Source of the DNA: Callorhinchus milii | Taxonomy: Eukaryota | Assembly: GCF_018977255.1 (NCBI RefSeq) | Contig: NW_024704743.1 | Location: 6,946,001 to 7,010,000 of the forward strand | Direction: 5' to 3' | DNA: 64,000 nt | Part shown: piece after piece, positions 35,645-48,770 of the stretch | Layout: every line of letters starts with the position of its first letter | How positions within the stretch are numbered: the first letter of the stretch is position 1 | Program-made: the position numbers and the translations under genes | The notes under the pieces: generated by a model | Database searches by the model: none | What the model saw: the letters and a program-made list of their open reading frames with translations, nothing else | Told to the model about the DNA's origin: nothing

Positions 35645-36660
35645 CCCTCCCAGCCCCTCCGTGGCATACCCCAAGGTTCTATCCTAGGCCTCTTTCTACT
35701 CCTCATTAACATCCTCTTGATGATAATAATAGTAATAATCCTTGCGTTTGATATAGTGCCATTTCATGGCAACAAGACGTCTCAAAACGTAGTGTAGTGA
35801 CTGTATTTTGTGGACGAAAGGCAGCGGGCCAATTGTGTACAGCAGTGTCCTACAAACAGTCATGGATTGAGTGCCCAAATTATTATAATTTTTTTGAAGT
35901 CATCCGCAGACTTGGGGTCAACATTCACATGTAAACGGACAGCACCCAAATCGACTACTACAGTTGCAACCCCAGGTCCACCGATGTTCTGTCCTCTTCC
36001 CTTTCAGACATCAAGGCCTAGATGAGTGCCAACTTTCTTAACCTGAATGTTGATAAGGCAGAAGCCATACTCTTTGGCTCCTGTCAATATCTTCTCACCT
36101 GTTGCTCCAAACTCCTTAATCTTCTCTGCTTTTGCCTCAGACTTACTGAATCTGTGTGTAACCTAGACGTCAGATTTGATCCTTCCTGCCCCACATCCAG
36201 TCGCTAGTCAGGACCGATTTCCTTTACCATATTGCCCGCCTCTGCCACATTGCCTTCCTCCGACCGTACCTCATATCGAATGCAGCCAAAACCCTTCATT
36301 CGTCACTTCCCAGCTTGATTATTCCAATAATAATCCTCGCCAGTCTCCCCAACTCCACCATTCATAAATTAGTTAATTCAAAACTTCATTGCCCATATCT
36401 TCACCCCCACCAAACTCCATACCCCCATCACCCCAGTCCTTGCCAGGTTCCATTGGTTCCCTATTGTAGAACGGATCGATTACATGATCCTCACACTTCA
36501 TGCACTGGCACTACTCTACCTCTCCTACCTGTGCTTTCAGCCAATACTCCCTGAAACTGTGGAAGTCTGCCTCAATCCCTTCACCTTGCCCCCTCTTTGC
36601 TTGTCATCACTTCACTTCCTCTTCGATTGTGCCTATGGTCACTTTCCCCATCTTCCTGGC
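35645..36660 (+). mobile_element. Degenerate L2 fragment interrupted by an antisense SINE tail (about 35720-35895)
   Basis: GIPQGSILGLFL before the SINE tail and ANFLNLNVDKAEAIL after it. Confidence 0.8.
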
Positions 36661-37139
36661 AACGGAGATGGAGAGGTGACCTGAGAGGAGAGGGGGAGAT
36701 TTTGCAATCCACTTCAGTTGTGGCTGGTGTGACCCAATTAGGCCTTAAACTGCTGCACAAAAATTAAGATTTAGATTCTGAAAGTCTTAAAAATTGAGTT
36801 GAGTATAAATCCCCAAATAGCATAGAGTTTAAGAAAAAAATGTAGAAAATCAACTAAAAGTGGGATAAGGAAGGGGACTTTGGTGGAGCTGATGCAGCAA
36901 GTTAGCAATTCATCACAGCCTATTTTGGATCATGTTATAGCCATACATACAAAAAACACAATTTTGATTCGAAAGTCTTAAAAATCTATTTCAGAGTTGT
37001 GTCTAATCCAAAAATAGTATGGAGTTTAAGAAAGTAAGGCAGATAATCAACCAAAATTAAGGTAGGGAAGGATAGATTACTTTAAATTTGTCCAACCATG
37101 GTTATGCACTAGTGTTACACACAGCGGGTTTATACTCTT

Positions 37140-38215
37140 CTGCCTTGACCCCCACCCAGCTGCTGGTCACTCAACTCCCCCTTCTCTCCCTCTGCTGGCC
37201 GACACGTTCAACCAACCTCTCTCCTCAGGCTCTGTTGCACTCCTCCTGAAAACCACTGTTATCACACCCCTCCTCAAAAAACCCACCCTAGATCCTCTTA
37301 ATCTCTCACACTACTGTCCCATTTCCAAACCTACCCTTCCTTGCCAAAGTCCTGGAATGCATTGTTGCAGGTCAACTTCGGTCACACCTCTCCCTCCACT
37401 CCCTCCTCGAGCCCCTACAGTCTGGTTTTCGCCTTGCCCACAGCACAGAGACAGCGCTTGTCAAAGTCACAAACGACATCCTCTATTTGTGACCAGGGCT
37501 CCCTCTGCATCCTTGTCCTCCTGGATCTTTCTGCTGTATTCGACACTGCTTCTCCTCATCCACCTTAATGGGACCGTACTTGCATGGCTCCAGTCCTACT
37601 TAACCAACTGCCTCTGTTTCATCTTGGGAAATGGTTTCTACTCCTGCTCCTGCCTGGTCAGCTGCGGGGTACCCTCCATCCTTGGCCTTCTTCTTTTCCT
37701 TATCTATATGCTCCCTCTGGGCAATGTCATCCGCAGACACGGGGTAAACTTCCACATGTATGGGGATAACACACTACTTTGTCTCCTCCAATATCAACTC
37801 CAGGTCTGTCGATGTTCTATCAGCTTGTCTGGCAGACATCAGGGCCTGGATGAGGGCAAACTCCCTTCACTCTCTGGCACCTCCCTACCTCTCTGACCTC
37901 TTCACTCCCCAATCCACTGCCTGGCACCTCCTCTCGACTGGCACTGGCCTCCTGCTCGTCCCTTGCCTCCGGCCCACCATCTGAGATCACGTTTCAGCCA
38001 CTATGGCCCGAAACTCTGGAACAATCTAGCTCAATCCCTCCCCCTTGCCCCCTCTCTCCCCTTTTTTCAAGTCCAACCCGAAAACCTTCCTCTTGCACCA
38101 TGCTTATGGCCACTCCCCTCCTCCGCCCCCCAGCTCGGAGTCGGGCTCCGCCACTGTTAAGCGCTCTGGTACGCTACCCTGCGTGGAGGGCGTTATGTAA
38201 GTTCAACTTGTTGTT
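37140..38215 (+). mobile_element. L2 LINE fragment (RT region with internal deletions, plus tail)
   Basis: [12 protein letters not shown] and [20 protein letters not shown] remnants; tail with an ACGC-TACCCT-GCGT loop. Confidence 0.88.
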
Positions 38216-39679
38216 TAGAGTACTGACAAAGAAAATAATAGGTGCACGGCATCAGTCAGTTTGAACTATGCAAGTTGTTGTTGTCTTCATTTAATAACCT
38301 TTTGACTGTACAAGTTGGTCCTTTGAAAAAATGCACAAAGCCTATCTGAAACCCGCAGAAAGGTATTTTTGTTTAATACCCAAGGATAAGCATAGTTTTC
38401 TTTAGGAAGAAATTGTGCTTTTGTTTTGGAAAATTAACTATTGTTTATCCTGGCAAATCAATGAATGAGGAATCTGAGAGGTAAAAGTTGTGCTTTTTCA
38501 TCAGGTCTCTGTCTGGTTAGGACATCCTCCCGACATGAAAGGCGCTTTACAAATGTAGTTTTGTTGTTTTGTAATATTGTTGCTGTTAGAGAGAGATGAC
38601 CTCCTAATTATAAAGACAGCATATTTTGCACTAGCATTCCGAATTTGACTGACGATTTCCGCCTTCCCCCAAAAAGCTTGTTGCTTTTTGGTAGTGAGAA
38701 CAAACAAATTAGAGCTAATCTGTAATCATTTCTTCTTGTCTTCATGCTCTTTAACTTAATTTTGCATTGTAAGTGATTTGTTCACAGTTCTGTCAAAACT
38801 CTTAATTGTGTGAAAAAATAACTTTGCGCATAACTATTTCTGGCTTGAGATTTTTTGTGAAAAAAATCATTTAACATAAACTACACAAATAGGATACGAC
38901 ACAAAACTACATTTGGAAAGAACCTTTTACGTCAGGAGGCTGTCCCAAGATAGTGTGACAGAAGAGAGCCATAAAGGGCCATAAAGCAAGAAAGTGGAGA
39001 AATGAGTAAGAACGGTAAAGGAGAGAAGTGCAGTTTCAGTACTTTAATTTGTTCGCGCTTTGTTTAACAGTTTTCCCAGCCAGGCTACTTGGTGAGTGGT
39101 GTTCTTAAGATCTGTTGACAACCAGACATTTGTTTTGCAGTCTTGTCACAGCGAAATAGATAGAAAGATGGATCTCAAATAAATTTATTTTAGTTGATAT
39201 TCCAATGGTTTATGGTGTCCCACATGGGCTAGTATTTCCTTAACTGCAATGTAATGCAGTAATTGCAGTGGGGCTCTGACATTTCTCGTATTTAATGATA
39301 ATTGAAGTGCTTTTGTGAATTGTATTGTCGAATTACAGACGTTCAACTACAATAACTGAACAGCTGGAAATTATTTGAAGGTTTTACAATCACTCTTTAA
39401 CTCTTTAGTTAAAAAATGTGCTGCGTGTGGATGGCAAGTGTTTATTGGCGATTTGCAATGTTTCTATATATTGTTTTGTATCTAGGTTTATTTAGTACAT
39501 TTGTACCAAAATAGTAAGTTAAAAATCAAGTTAAAGCCAATTTAGAACTATAGAAATTTACAGTACATAAGATAATTCAGCCCATTGTGCCTCGATGAAA
39601 GAGCTATTCATAGAAGGTACACCTCAGAAACAGGGCATTTGGCTCACCTAAAACGCAAAATACAGCAGATGCTAGAAAT

Positions 39680-39801
39680 ATGAAACAAAAACAGAAGTCG
39701 CTGGGAACACTCAGCAGGTCAGGCAGCATCTATGGATAGATCTTCCATAGATGTTGCCTGACCTGCTGAGTGTTCCCAGCGACTTTTGTTTTTGTTTTCA
39801 T
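39680..39801. repeat. Long inverted repeat (54-bp arms, 7-nt loop), probably derived from a mobile element
   Basis: 39683-39736 is the reverse complement of 39744-39797, with two mismatches. Confidence 0.93.
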
Positions 39802-41527
39802 TTGGCCCATCCAGTCCAGCTAGAGTTTATACACCAACAACTTTCACTTGTACAGCGCTCTCCATGCAGGTTGGCGTCTCAGAGCGTCTCATTCCACTGG
39901 ATTGCCTAGTGCTAATAATAATAATACTTTTGTTTGATATAGCGCCTTATCACGTCTCAAAACGGCTCACAGAATATCGAAATATAATGTTCCTAGATCC
40001 TACCTCTAGTCCCGTGCCAATGCATTGTTGGGGGAGCATTACTGGCCCTGCTCTCTTGAACTCCATTCTGGAATCCCTACTTCTCAACCCTTCTCACCTC
40101 TTTCAGGGTCTATCTGAAGACCAATCTGAGCAAGGATTCACAGACCGGGCCCGAAAATTGTGAACCAAAAAAAATTCTGCTGGCCCACTGTTTGACTGTC
40201 CTTTTGGTAGTATTAGTCAAATCTGTTATCACCAACCACTCAGGGACTTGACCAAAGTGCCTTTATGTAAGGGTGGCCTCCAAGTAAGGGTTCAATGACT
40301 GGGCCTGAAAAATGTTAAAAAAGAATTGTTAGGGCCTCACTCTTTGATAATGCCTTTGGTCATAATAATAATCCTTGCATTTGATATAGCACCTTATCAT
40401 GTTATCGAGACGCCCCAAAGAGCTTTACAGAATATATTGTAAAGTGAATTTATTGTATATTTGTAGGTGAAAAAGGTGTCATTTTTCCCCTTCCCACCCC
40501 CTTTGGGCCCCATTCCCCTCGGCTTCTACCCCTAGCTTGGGGCCAAGTTAGGACTGTTAAGCGCCTTGGGGCGTCGTCTCGTCATGAAAGGTGTTATGTA
40601 AGTTTTTATTGTATTGTGCTCCTGACTTGAAAGGAGCTGTATGAAATGTAAGGATTTGTTTTTAATGATTATGTACAATCATCGGCTGGTTGTCTGACAC
40701 ATGCAGAACCCCATCACCAGTCTTAAGATTATTGAAACTAGCAGTTATTTAGAGTTATGTTGTAGTGGTGGGCACGTTTGATTTTTTTTAAGTCAGTTTA
40801 AAGATTACTGTATTCTATTTTAAGCATAAATTTTCCATATCACAAATATTTAAAAAATAAAACTTGAATAAGTAAGATGCAACTGGTCACAGTAATACTT
40901 CCTTGATTGTATATTCTTGAGAATTGCTTAAGAATAGTGCTGGCAGTTGTCTCATGAATTGGTTCCAACTGATTGCTGAAAGCACATAAGGACTTTGAGT
41001 AAGTTATACTTTGGCTGTAATATGCAAGTTTTTAGTCCAATTCATGCGCTTGGAGCTTTAGATGAACTTGTGATGAGCTCTGCATTTTGATGGTCAGTCG
41101 GGTATCTTACACATACAGAAACTCATCGAGTACCCAAACCAGACTTGAGAGTTCCACATATGTATGCCTCTTACAGATGGAAATTTCTCTCTGGAAAAGA
41201 ATGTGCCTTTTTTTTTAAGGGACACACACTACTTAGCTAATTCCAGAGAATATTTGGTGCAGGTTGGCGAAACCCGAAGCTTGAAGATCTCATAATGTGT
41301 GATCTCATAGTCCTCTTCTTGCTCTTGGAATTATTTCTGAGTTATTCAGTAATTGATCTTTTACTTACCCTTTATGAGAATTGGCAATTTTAATAACAAT
41401 TCAAAGTGAGGTTTGACTCTCTTCTGTGAAGAGAAGCTCTTGTCTGTTTTTGGAGAATGATTTTCGTGAGTTGTAATTCAGTTGTGAGTTCAATATTGTG
41501 GCACTTATTGTTTTAAGTGTTTATCAT

Positions 41528-41893
41528 GTGGCCCTGTAGCTCAATGGTTGGGGCACTCATCTCACAAGCGAGAGGGCAAGTTTCTTTACTCCACACACCT
41601 CTGTTTACCTAGCAGTAAGTAGGAACCCGGTTGATAGTCGCTTGATATTGATGGATCGCTTTTCCAAGGGTAATAATTCCTTCAAAAAATAATAATAATA
41701 AATTGGTCACTCAATCCAAGACTGTTTGTGGGACTGCTGAGCACAATTGACTGCCGCGTTTTGTCCACAAATATACAGTCAATTCACTTGCAATGTGTTC
41801 TGCGAAGCGCTTTGGGACGTCCTCCCGACATGAAAAGCGCTATATCAAATGCAAGGATTATTATTATTATATACCAAATGCAAGGATTATTAT
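41528..41893 (+). mobile_element. tRNA-derived SINE (long form, with a deletion in the head)
   Basis: A box present; internal CTCTGTTTACCTAGCAGTAAGTAGGAACC segment; duplicated tail end. Confidence 0.88.
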
Positions 41894-42034
41894 GATCAAA
41901 AGAAGATCAGACCATATTGTTGAATTTTCGATATCTGCACAGGCATAGTTAGCATCAGTTTATGTGATGTATATGGGTATTTTTTCAAATTGTTACCTGA
42001 AATGTACATGTGACTCATGTTATTCGCAAACGTT

Positions 42035-43388
42035 CGCAAACTCAAATCCACCACCTGCTCCCTCAATCCCATCCCCACCTCTCTCCTCATCTTCCAGCTC
42101 CACCTTCTGGCCCCTCTCCTGTCTGACGTCATCAACCTCTTCTTGTTCACCGGTTCAGTTCCCAACCCCCTAAAAACAGCCGTCATCATTCCCATCCCGA
42201 AAAAACCTTCCCTGGACCTATCCCTCCTCTCCAGCTACCGCCCCATCTCTAACCTCCCATTCCTCTCCAAGGTCCTAGAACGAGTCGTCGCGTCCCAGCT
42301 CTGCTCCTTTCTCTCTCGCCATTTCCTCTTTGAACCCCTCCAATCCGGCTTCCGCGCTGCCCATAGCATGGAAACAGCCCTGGTCAAAGTCATTAATGAC
42401 ACTCTGAACATCTCTGATCAGGGCTCCCTCTGCCTCCTTGTCCTCCTCGACCTCTCTGCAGCCTTTGACACCGTCGACCACTCCATCCTCATACACAGCC
42501 TCTCCTCTTTACTTAATCTTCGCGGACCTGTCCTTGCATGGATCGAATCCTATTTCTCTCACCGTCTCCAATTTGTTGCCTCTAACGGTTTATCCTCCAG
42601 CCCCCGCACTGTCACGTCTGGAGTCCCCCAGGGCTCTGTCCTTGGCCCTCTCCTCCCCCTTGGTGACATCATCCGCAGACATGGGGTCAACTTCCACATG
42701 TATGCAGATGACACCCAACTCTATCTTTCTGCCTCCACCCTCAACTCCAGGACCACTGTTTTCCTGACAGACTGCCTGTTGGACATCAAGTCCTGCACAC
42801 TACAACTCACCAAGCCAGTTAGAAGCCTAGGTGCCTTGTTCGACCATCCATTGTCTTTTCTTCCCCACATCCAAACCATGATCTGCCTTCCCTCACCTCC
42901 GTAACATCGCCAGACTCCTCCACTACCTCACCCCTCAGGCCGCTGAAACTCTTGTTCATGCCTTCATCACCTCCAGGCTCAACTATGCAAACTCCCTGCT
43001 TGTTGGCTTTCCCAACTCCTCCCTCCACAGGCTGCAGATAATCCAGAACTCTGCAGCCCGTGTCCTCTACTGCACCAAACTCCGTGATCCCATCTCCCCC
43101 ATTCTCGTTCGACTCCATTGGCTCTCTATCCTTCAGAGGATCCAGTTCAAGATCCTGGTCCTCACTCTGCCCCAATCTCTGGAATTCCATCCCCAATCAC
43201 TCCGCCTCGCCCCCTCCTTAGCCTCTTCAAGTCCCGCCTCAAAACCCTCCACTTCGACCATGCCATCGGTCATCTCCCTTCTCCCTCCCGGACCCCAGCT
43301 CGGGTCTGAAATGCTGTACACTCTCCAGCGCCTTGGCACGTCCTCCTGACATGAAAGGCCCTGTACAAATATAATCTTGTTGTTGTTA
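42035..43388 (+). mobile_element. L2 LINE fragment with a long residual RT reading frame
   Basis: ORF 42017..42904: [62 protein letters not shown]. It has internal deletions, so it is non-functional. Confidence 0.95.
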
Positions 43389-46300
43389 TTGGATAGGTCT
43401 GTTCTACAGTTGGTGGTATTGGCCTGGTTGATCTTACAGCAAATACACAATGCAGTGTTACAATTATATAGTGCCTTTCCATATCGGAAAGATGTCCTGA
43501 TCCCCGATCTGAGGGTAGGACCTGAGGAGGTTGAGAGGAGAAAGGTGGCTGAAAGTGGGGTCAAAGAGGTAGGTCTTGAGACAGACCTTGAATAAACAGC
43601 CTCCTGTTTTTCCCTTGTGATCACTGTTCCACAATCGGTGGCCATTAAATTTAATTAATTTAAGCTTTACACCTTAAAACTCTAGAACTCTCTCCCTCAA
43701 TCCCTCCGCCTTGCCCCCTCCCTCCCTACCTCCAAATCCCGCCTAAAGACTTTTTGAACGTGCTTGCGGTCAGCTCACCCCTCCCTCCCAAAGGACTTGT
43801 TGTCAGACTCTGCCACTGTGAAGCACTCCAGGAAACTACCCTGTGTGAAGGGCGCTATATAAATGCAACTTGTTATTGTTGTTTGTTGATAGAGGGATCT
43901 TCCTATATCTCAATACTATTCTTTTCCAGTATCAAAAATTCAATTGGTATTTGCATTGGCTCGAGTTGCAGGTTGCAGACTTATTCCAATCTAACTTGTA
44001 GAGATTGTTTTAAGTTTAAATGCTGGCAGGCAGGAGGAATGCTGGAAGTTAAAGAGTATTAAAAGTAGTAGTTAAAGACAATCAGATACTCCAGTTATTG
44101 GGTTTGTTCTTTGGAATTACATAGTTGGTTCCCAAGAGGATGCAAAATTCCAAAGAAATTAAAACTAGAGATGATTACAAATGCATAGTCGGTCGTTCAG
44201 CGCTTAAATGTGAAAGATCGATTAATATTTTTGGTGTGACTTTCTGAACTAAAAGGTTTTGAGCTACACGCTGATTTGGATGAAATATTGCTCAAATTGC
44301 CGTTGGGTTCCAAGAGACCACTGGTTGCTTTTGTATTGCTGAGTCTACATTTTCCATCTTTGTAGGGTTTGTGCCACTTACCTCTGATTGCAACCATTCC
44401 TTGTTCATGTCAAAGCTAAAACTTTCACATAATAATACTCGTATTTGATTTTTTAGCATCATTCACAGTGGGAGGACATGTCAATGCACTTCACAAGATT
44501 TACAATAAAGTGTAGTGACTGTTCTGTAGGTGAATTATATCACTTCTGAGTTGCTAATGCAGCACTTATAGCAATTTGTGCTGTTGTGTAGTGGATGTAA
44601 GTATTATTTTGGTAATGACCGATGCATCGCGCCCAGAGTCTTAATGTCATTTGAGCTCCAGGTCCAGGTTTGTATTATTGGTATCAGGTGCTTTGTTAGG
44701 AGCAAAACTGGGCTCCATTTGCCTCTCAACAGTTACAATCAGATCTATAGACTCCAAAGGTTCCCACCTTTTGACTCTCAGGTAAAATCTCTTCCAGTGT
44801 TGATAATTTGTATGGAAAAAGTGCCCATCTAGCATCTGGTGATTCTAAAGCTGAAACACAATTAAGTGCGTAAACATGACATCATTGACTTTCTATATTG
44901 AACATCAGTTTGCTCATTTGAAGATCACCCCTCACCATTTCATTTTTGTGACTCAGTTTGACAATCTGAACACAATTTATTGGATGTATTGTCCATTTGG
45001 GCCCATTCAGTTTGGGGCTCAAATTTCTGACGTGGAAACATGTATTGCAGATTAACTTGGATTTGACGTGAAGGTTAAGCAGCAGGCTTCAGCAAATAAC
45101 AGCAATCAAACAGTCCATCTTATTTCTGTCCAAGGTAGTATCTCAATCATGTCTTCCATATGAAGTAGTTGTTCTGTCCTTTTGGTCACAATCTCACTCT
45201 TCTAAGCTTGATGTTCTATGGCTTCAACTGTTTGTATGCTGTGGTTCTCATGTTTCAGAAAACCACCTGCGAGCAAGGTTTGGTTACATAGATGGTGGAG
45301 TGTGGTCTTCAGTACTTTTATCAGCTTGTGGAACCTTTGAATCAAGTCAGGTTGTCTGAGATCCACTGAACTAATTAAATGTGAAGAGTCACTGAAGTTG
45401 CCACATAAAGTGAATCCACATGGCTAAACTGATCACTATTCGCATTTGTCTGCCAAGGATTTTCTTATGTATATTTAGGTTAAACCTTGAGGTTAAGTTA
45501 TTTACATTTCCATCTGGAAAGTGCCCATCTCCAGTCGTCTAGGAAGTTGTGGAGATCGAAGAAACTGAAATGACCTGGTTTTAATTACCTTTCTTTGATT
45601 CTGGAGCACATTGCACACAAGAGCCTACTTCTCTGCATATTTTTGTGAGGTTGAAGGGAGGGATTCTTTTTATTGTATCTCTTCCTTGTCGCTCTCCTTC
45701 AGTTCAAAATAATAAAAACAAAAGGCCCACAAACAACACTTTTGGAGAGGATAGAAAACGCTTGTCTAGAAGTTGTATATTTTATTCCGTCAGTCTAAAG
45801 TCCAGGTACATTCAATTGGTATGTGGAGCATGCTTTGGATTTGAGGAATGGAAAAGACCCTTCCAGGTAGGTGGTCATATTTGGTCTTAAGTACATAGTG
45901 GCTTCATAATTCTATATATGTAGCTCATTACTTCAAATTTCTCTCTGTTTTGGGTACTTTTATTTTTGTACTTGATACTCAGGTAGGTAAGTCTCCTAAA
46001 GTGTTGCATTATTAGCTCCATGTTTCCTACCTAATCTTTATTTAACATTTTTCATCTATTTACCTCCAGTGTAGTTTTAAAATGCTCAATGGTTATTGAT
46101 GTTTGCCTGACACAAGGGAAATCAATTGTGAACACAAAGGTCTTTAGTTTTTTTTAAAAGTAAAGTTGAAATGATTCATTTTTGATCAGGGCAGTCATTG
46201 CATTATTCTTATGAAGTGTGAAAATAGCTTGAATATGAAATGCTACCCATTTATAATGGCATGATTTTATCTTTGATTGTTCCTTTACTCAAGTTTATAC

Positions 46301-47092
46301 ACAAGTTAAAATTGCATATGGCAGTCTGATTATAAAACACTAGTGTTTCACTTGTGCCTGCTGCCTGTTTCCTTTGCCACTTGGTCTTTGAGACTACCCT
46401 TTAGCATGTCTCTTTGGAATTGGATCTTTACAGTTCTTGTATGCTACTGCACTTTATTACGTGATCTCACTTTTTACTGGGAATGCATTATCTTCAAATA
46501 AGGGTGAACAAAATGCAGCTTCTATTGTATTTATTGTTGATTCTGAAGACTGTTTGTACTACTGTATTTCTGCATCTGTATTTGACTTTTTAGGCACTTA
46601 TTGAAAGTGTCTAATTCTAGTTTTTGTTCCTGACTTCACAAAATTATATTATTTGGGTCTGTGAATTAAAACCAATTTTAATGTGTGAGGGTAACTACAA
46701 GTACTTCTGCATCAGTCCTATTCTTTATTCTTTAACACTTATATAGATATATATATATTTTTATCGGAAACAGGAGTTGAAGAAAGCGTTCAGAACATCA
46801 GGTTTCGATAGACCATCACCTAACCTATCAGAATTGACAGTACTGTTGAATGTGCTGCAAGGAAATCATCTTGCCACGTGTCATTCATACCAATTACTTC
46901 CTGCTTCACTAAAATAGCTGGGCTAGGACAACCCTTGGGAGCCCTGTGATTCTTATTTTGGGGCAAAAAAACAAAAACATGAGCACAGAAGTGATGAAGC
47001 GCAATAAGTGACCTATGGTTACCCTCATACAATATTGCCTTTGAGGTTAAATGACCATATCATTGTAACAATTTTGCTCTATTTATTGACAG

Positions 47093-47338
47093 AAACTGCA
47101 CCAGTGGACAAGTCAGCATCTCACGCTTGTGCTACCTCTTCTTCATCATCTGGAATGACTCCTGCTGCTTCTCAGACTTCTTCAGCCACCACATCAACAG
47201 TGCCAGTTTCACCTGTTCCTCAGTCACCAATTCCTCCTCTGCTTCAGGATCCAAATCTTTTAAGGCAATTACTTCCTGCTTTACAGGCCACCTTACAGCT
47301 TAATAATGCTAATGTGGATATGTCTAAGATAAATGAAG
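47093..47338 (+). CDS. WAC: WAC coding exon 8 (ETAPVDK...[31 protein letters not shown])
   Basis: Acceptor ttgacag; donor AAG|gtaagc; 246 nt; conserved [24 protein letters not shown]. Confidence 0.97.
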
Positions 47339-47707
47339 GTAAGCGACTGACTGCATTTGATCTGTTATTTCGTCCCATCTTAAAATTAGCTGGGGGTGTG
47401 TATGGTATCCTTAAGCTCAATGATAAATAATCCTTGCATTTGATATTGCACCAAATCGCATTGTTGAGACATCTTGAAGCACTTGACAGGATTTTACTGT
47501 AAAGTGCAGTGAATGTGCATTTGTAGGCAATGAAATGAATGACCAATTTTACTTTGGGCTTTGGAGAAACTCCCTTTTCTAAAAGTGTCTTGGGATCTCG
47601 AATATCCACCTGAACAGGCAGATGGGAGCCATATTTTAAGCCTCAGTCGAAGGACAGAATTTCTAACAATGCGGCACTCCCCCAGCATTACATTCAAGTA
47701 TCAGCCT

Positions 47708-48770
47708 GTACAACAACAACTTGAATTTGTATAGCGCCCTTATCTAGTGTCTTGAGTGTTTCGCAGTGGTGGAGCTTGTCGTTGAGAAGGGAAAGAAGGG
47801 AGGTGACCACAGGATCAGTTGAAGAGGAAATTTTTCAGGTGTGATCTGAAGACGGACAAGGAAGGGGATGGTGGAAGGATTGAGGCCAAGAGTTCCAGAG
47901 TCTTTGGGTATAGACACTGAAAGCACAGCTGCTGATGGTGTGGAGGTTATGAGGGTCATGCAGAGGCCGGAGCCATCTGAGCAAAGAGGGCCAGGAGTTG
48001 TTTTGGTTGTAAGCAAGTCACAGAGGTGGGGGAGGTGCCAGGGTATTGAATGATTTGTACACAAATGTGATGATCTTGAAATTGATCCGTTCTGTAAGAG
48101 AGAGCCAGTGGAGCCTCACTAGGACTGGGATGATGGAGGTACGGATTTAGTACGAGTAAAGATATGGGGGTGAAGTTTAAAATTAATTGGATTTTAAAAA
48201 TCAAGGTGGGGGGTGACGCATGCATAGATAAGGATTTCAGCTGTGTTAGATCTGAGATATGGTCAGGGGCAAGCAATATGGAGGATCTCATCAGGGACCA
48301 GGTGTGGGGTACCTGGTTTAGTAATTCTGAGAGAGATCGGGGAGGTTAAGGTCGGAGCCGCAGGTGAAGAAGTTTACGGGAGCCAAGGAGTATGGCTTCT
48401 GTCTTGTCAATATTCAGCTGCAGAAAGTTGGCGCTCAACCAGGCTTTTGTCTGACAAGCAAGTGAAGACAACATCGGTGGACTTGGGGTAACGGCTGGAG
48501 AAGGAAAAACAAATCTGCATACAATTGGAAGTTGACTCCATGTCTGCGGATGAAAAAACTGAAGCATGTAAATGAGAAAAAGGAGGGGGCCAAGGATAGA
48601 GACTTGGGGTACTTCGCAGGTGACCCCTTATGGGGGTGCGAGGAGAAACTGTTTGCAGAGATAGTGATGGCGGTGGGTCAAGTAGAACCCAAGGCAGGTG
48701 AGTGAGTCACATACTGCGTGTTTAATATCCTCCTTGAGGGAAGTAATTAGGGTCTCCTTGGAACTGAACT
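47708..48770 (-). mobile_element. Degenerate L2 LINE 3' fragment
   Basis: AWLSANFLQLNIDKTEAILLGS remnant; (TTG)n tail at 47710. Confidence 0.8.

Noticed and set aside
42017..42904. 295-aa reverse transcriptase ORF as an intact or domesticated gene
   Set aside because: It lacks the endonuclease, has deletions inside the RT (FNIYML missing after GPLL) and is frameshifted downstream; a dead L2 copy.
45051..45134. AG...GT bounded segment in intron 7 as a possible cryptic or poison exon
   Set aside because: Weak pyrimidine tract and weak donor (AAG|gtagta), with no homology support.
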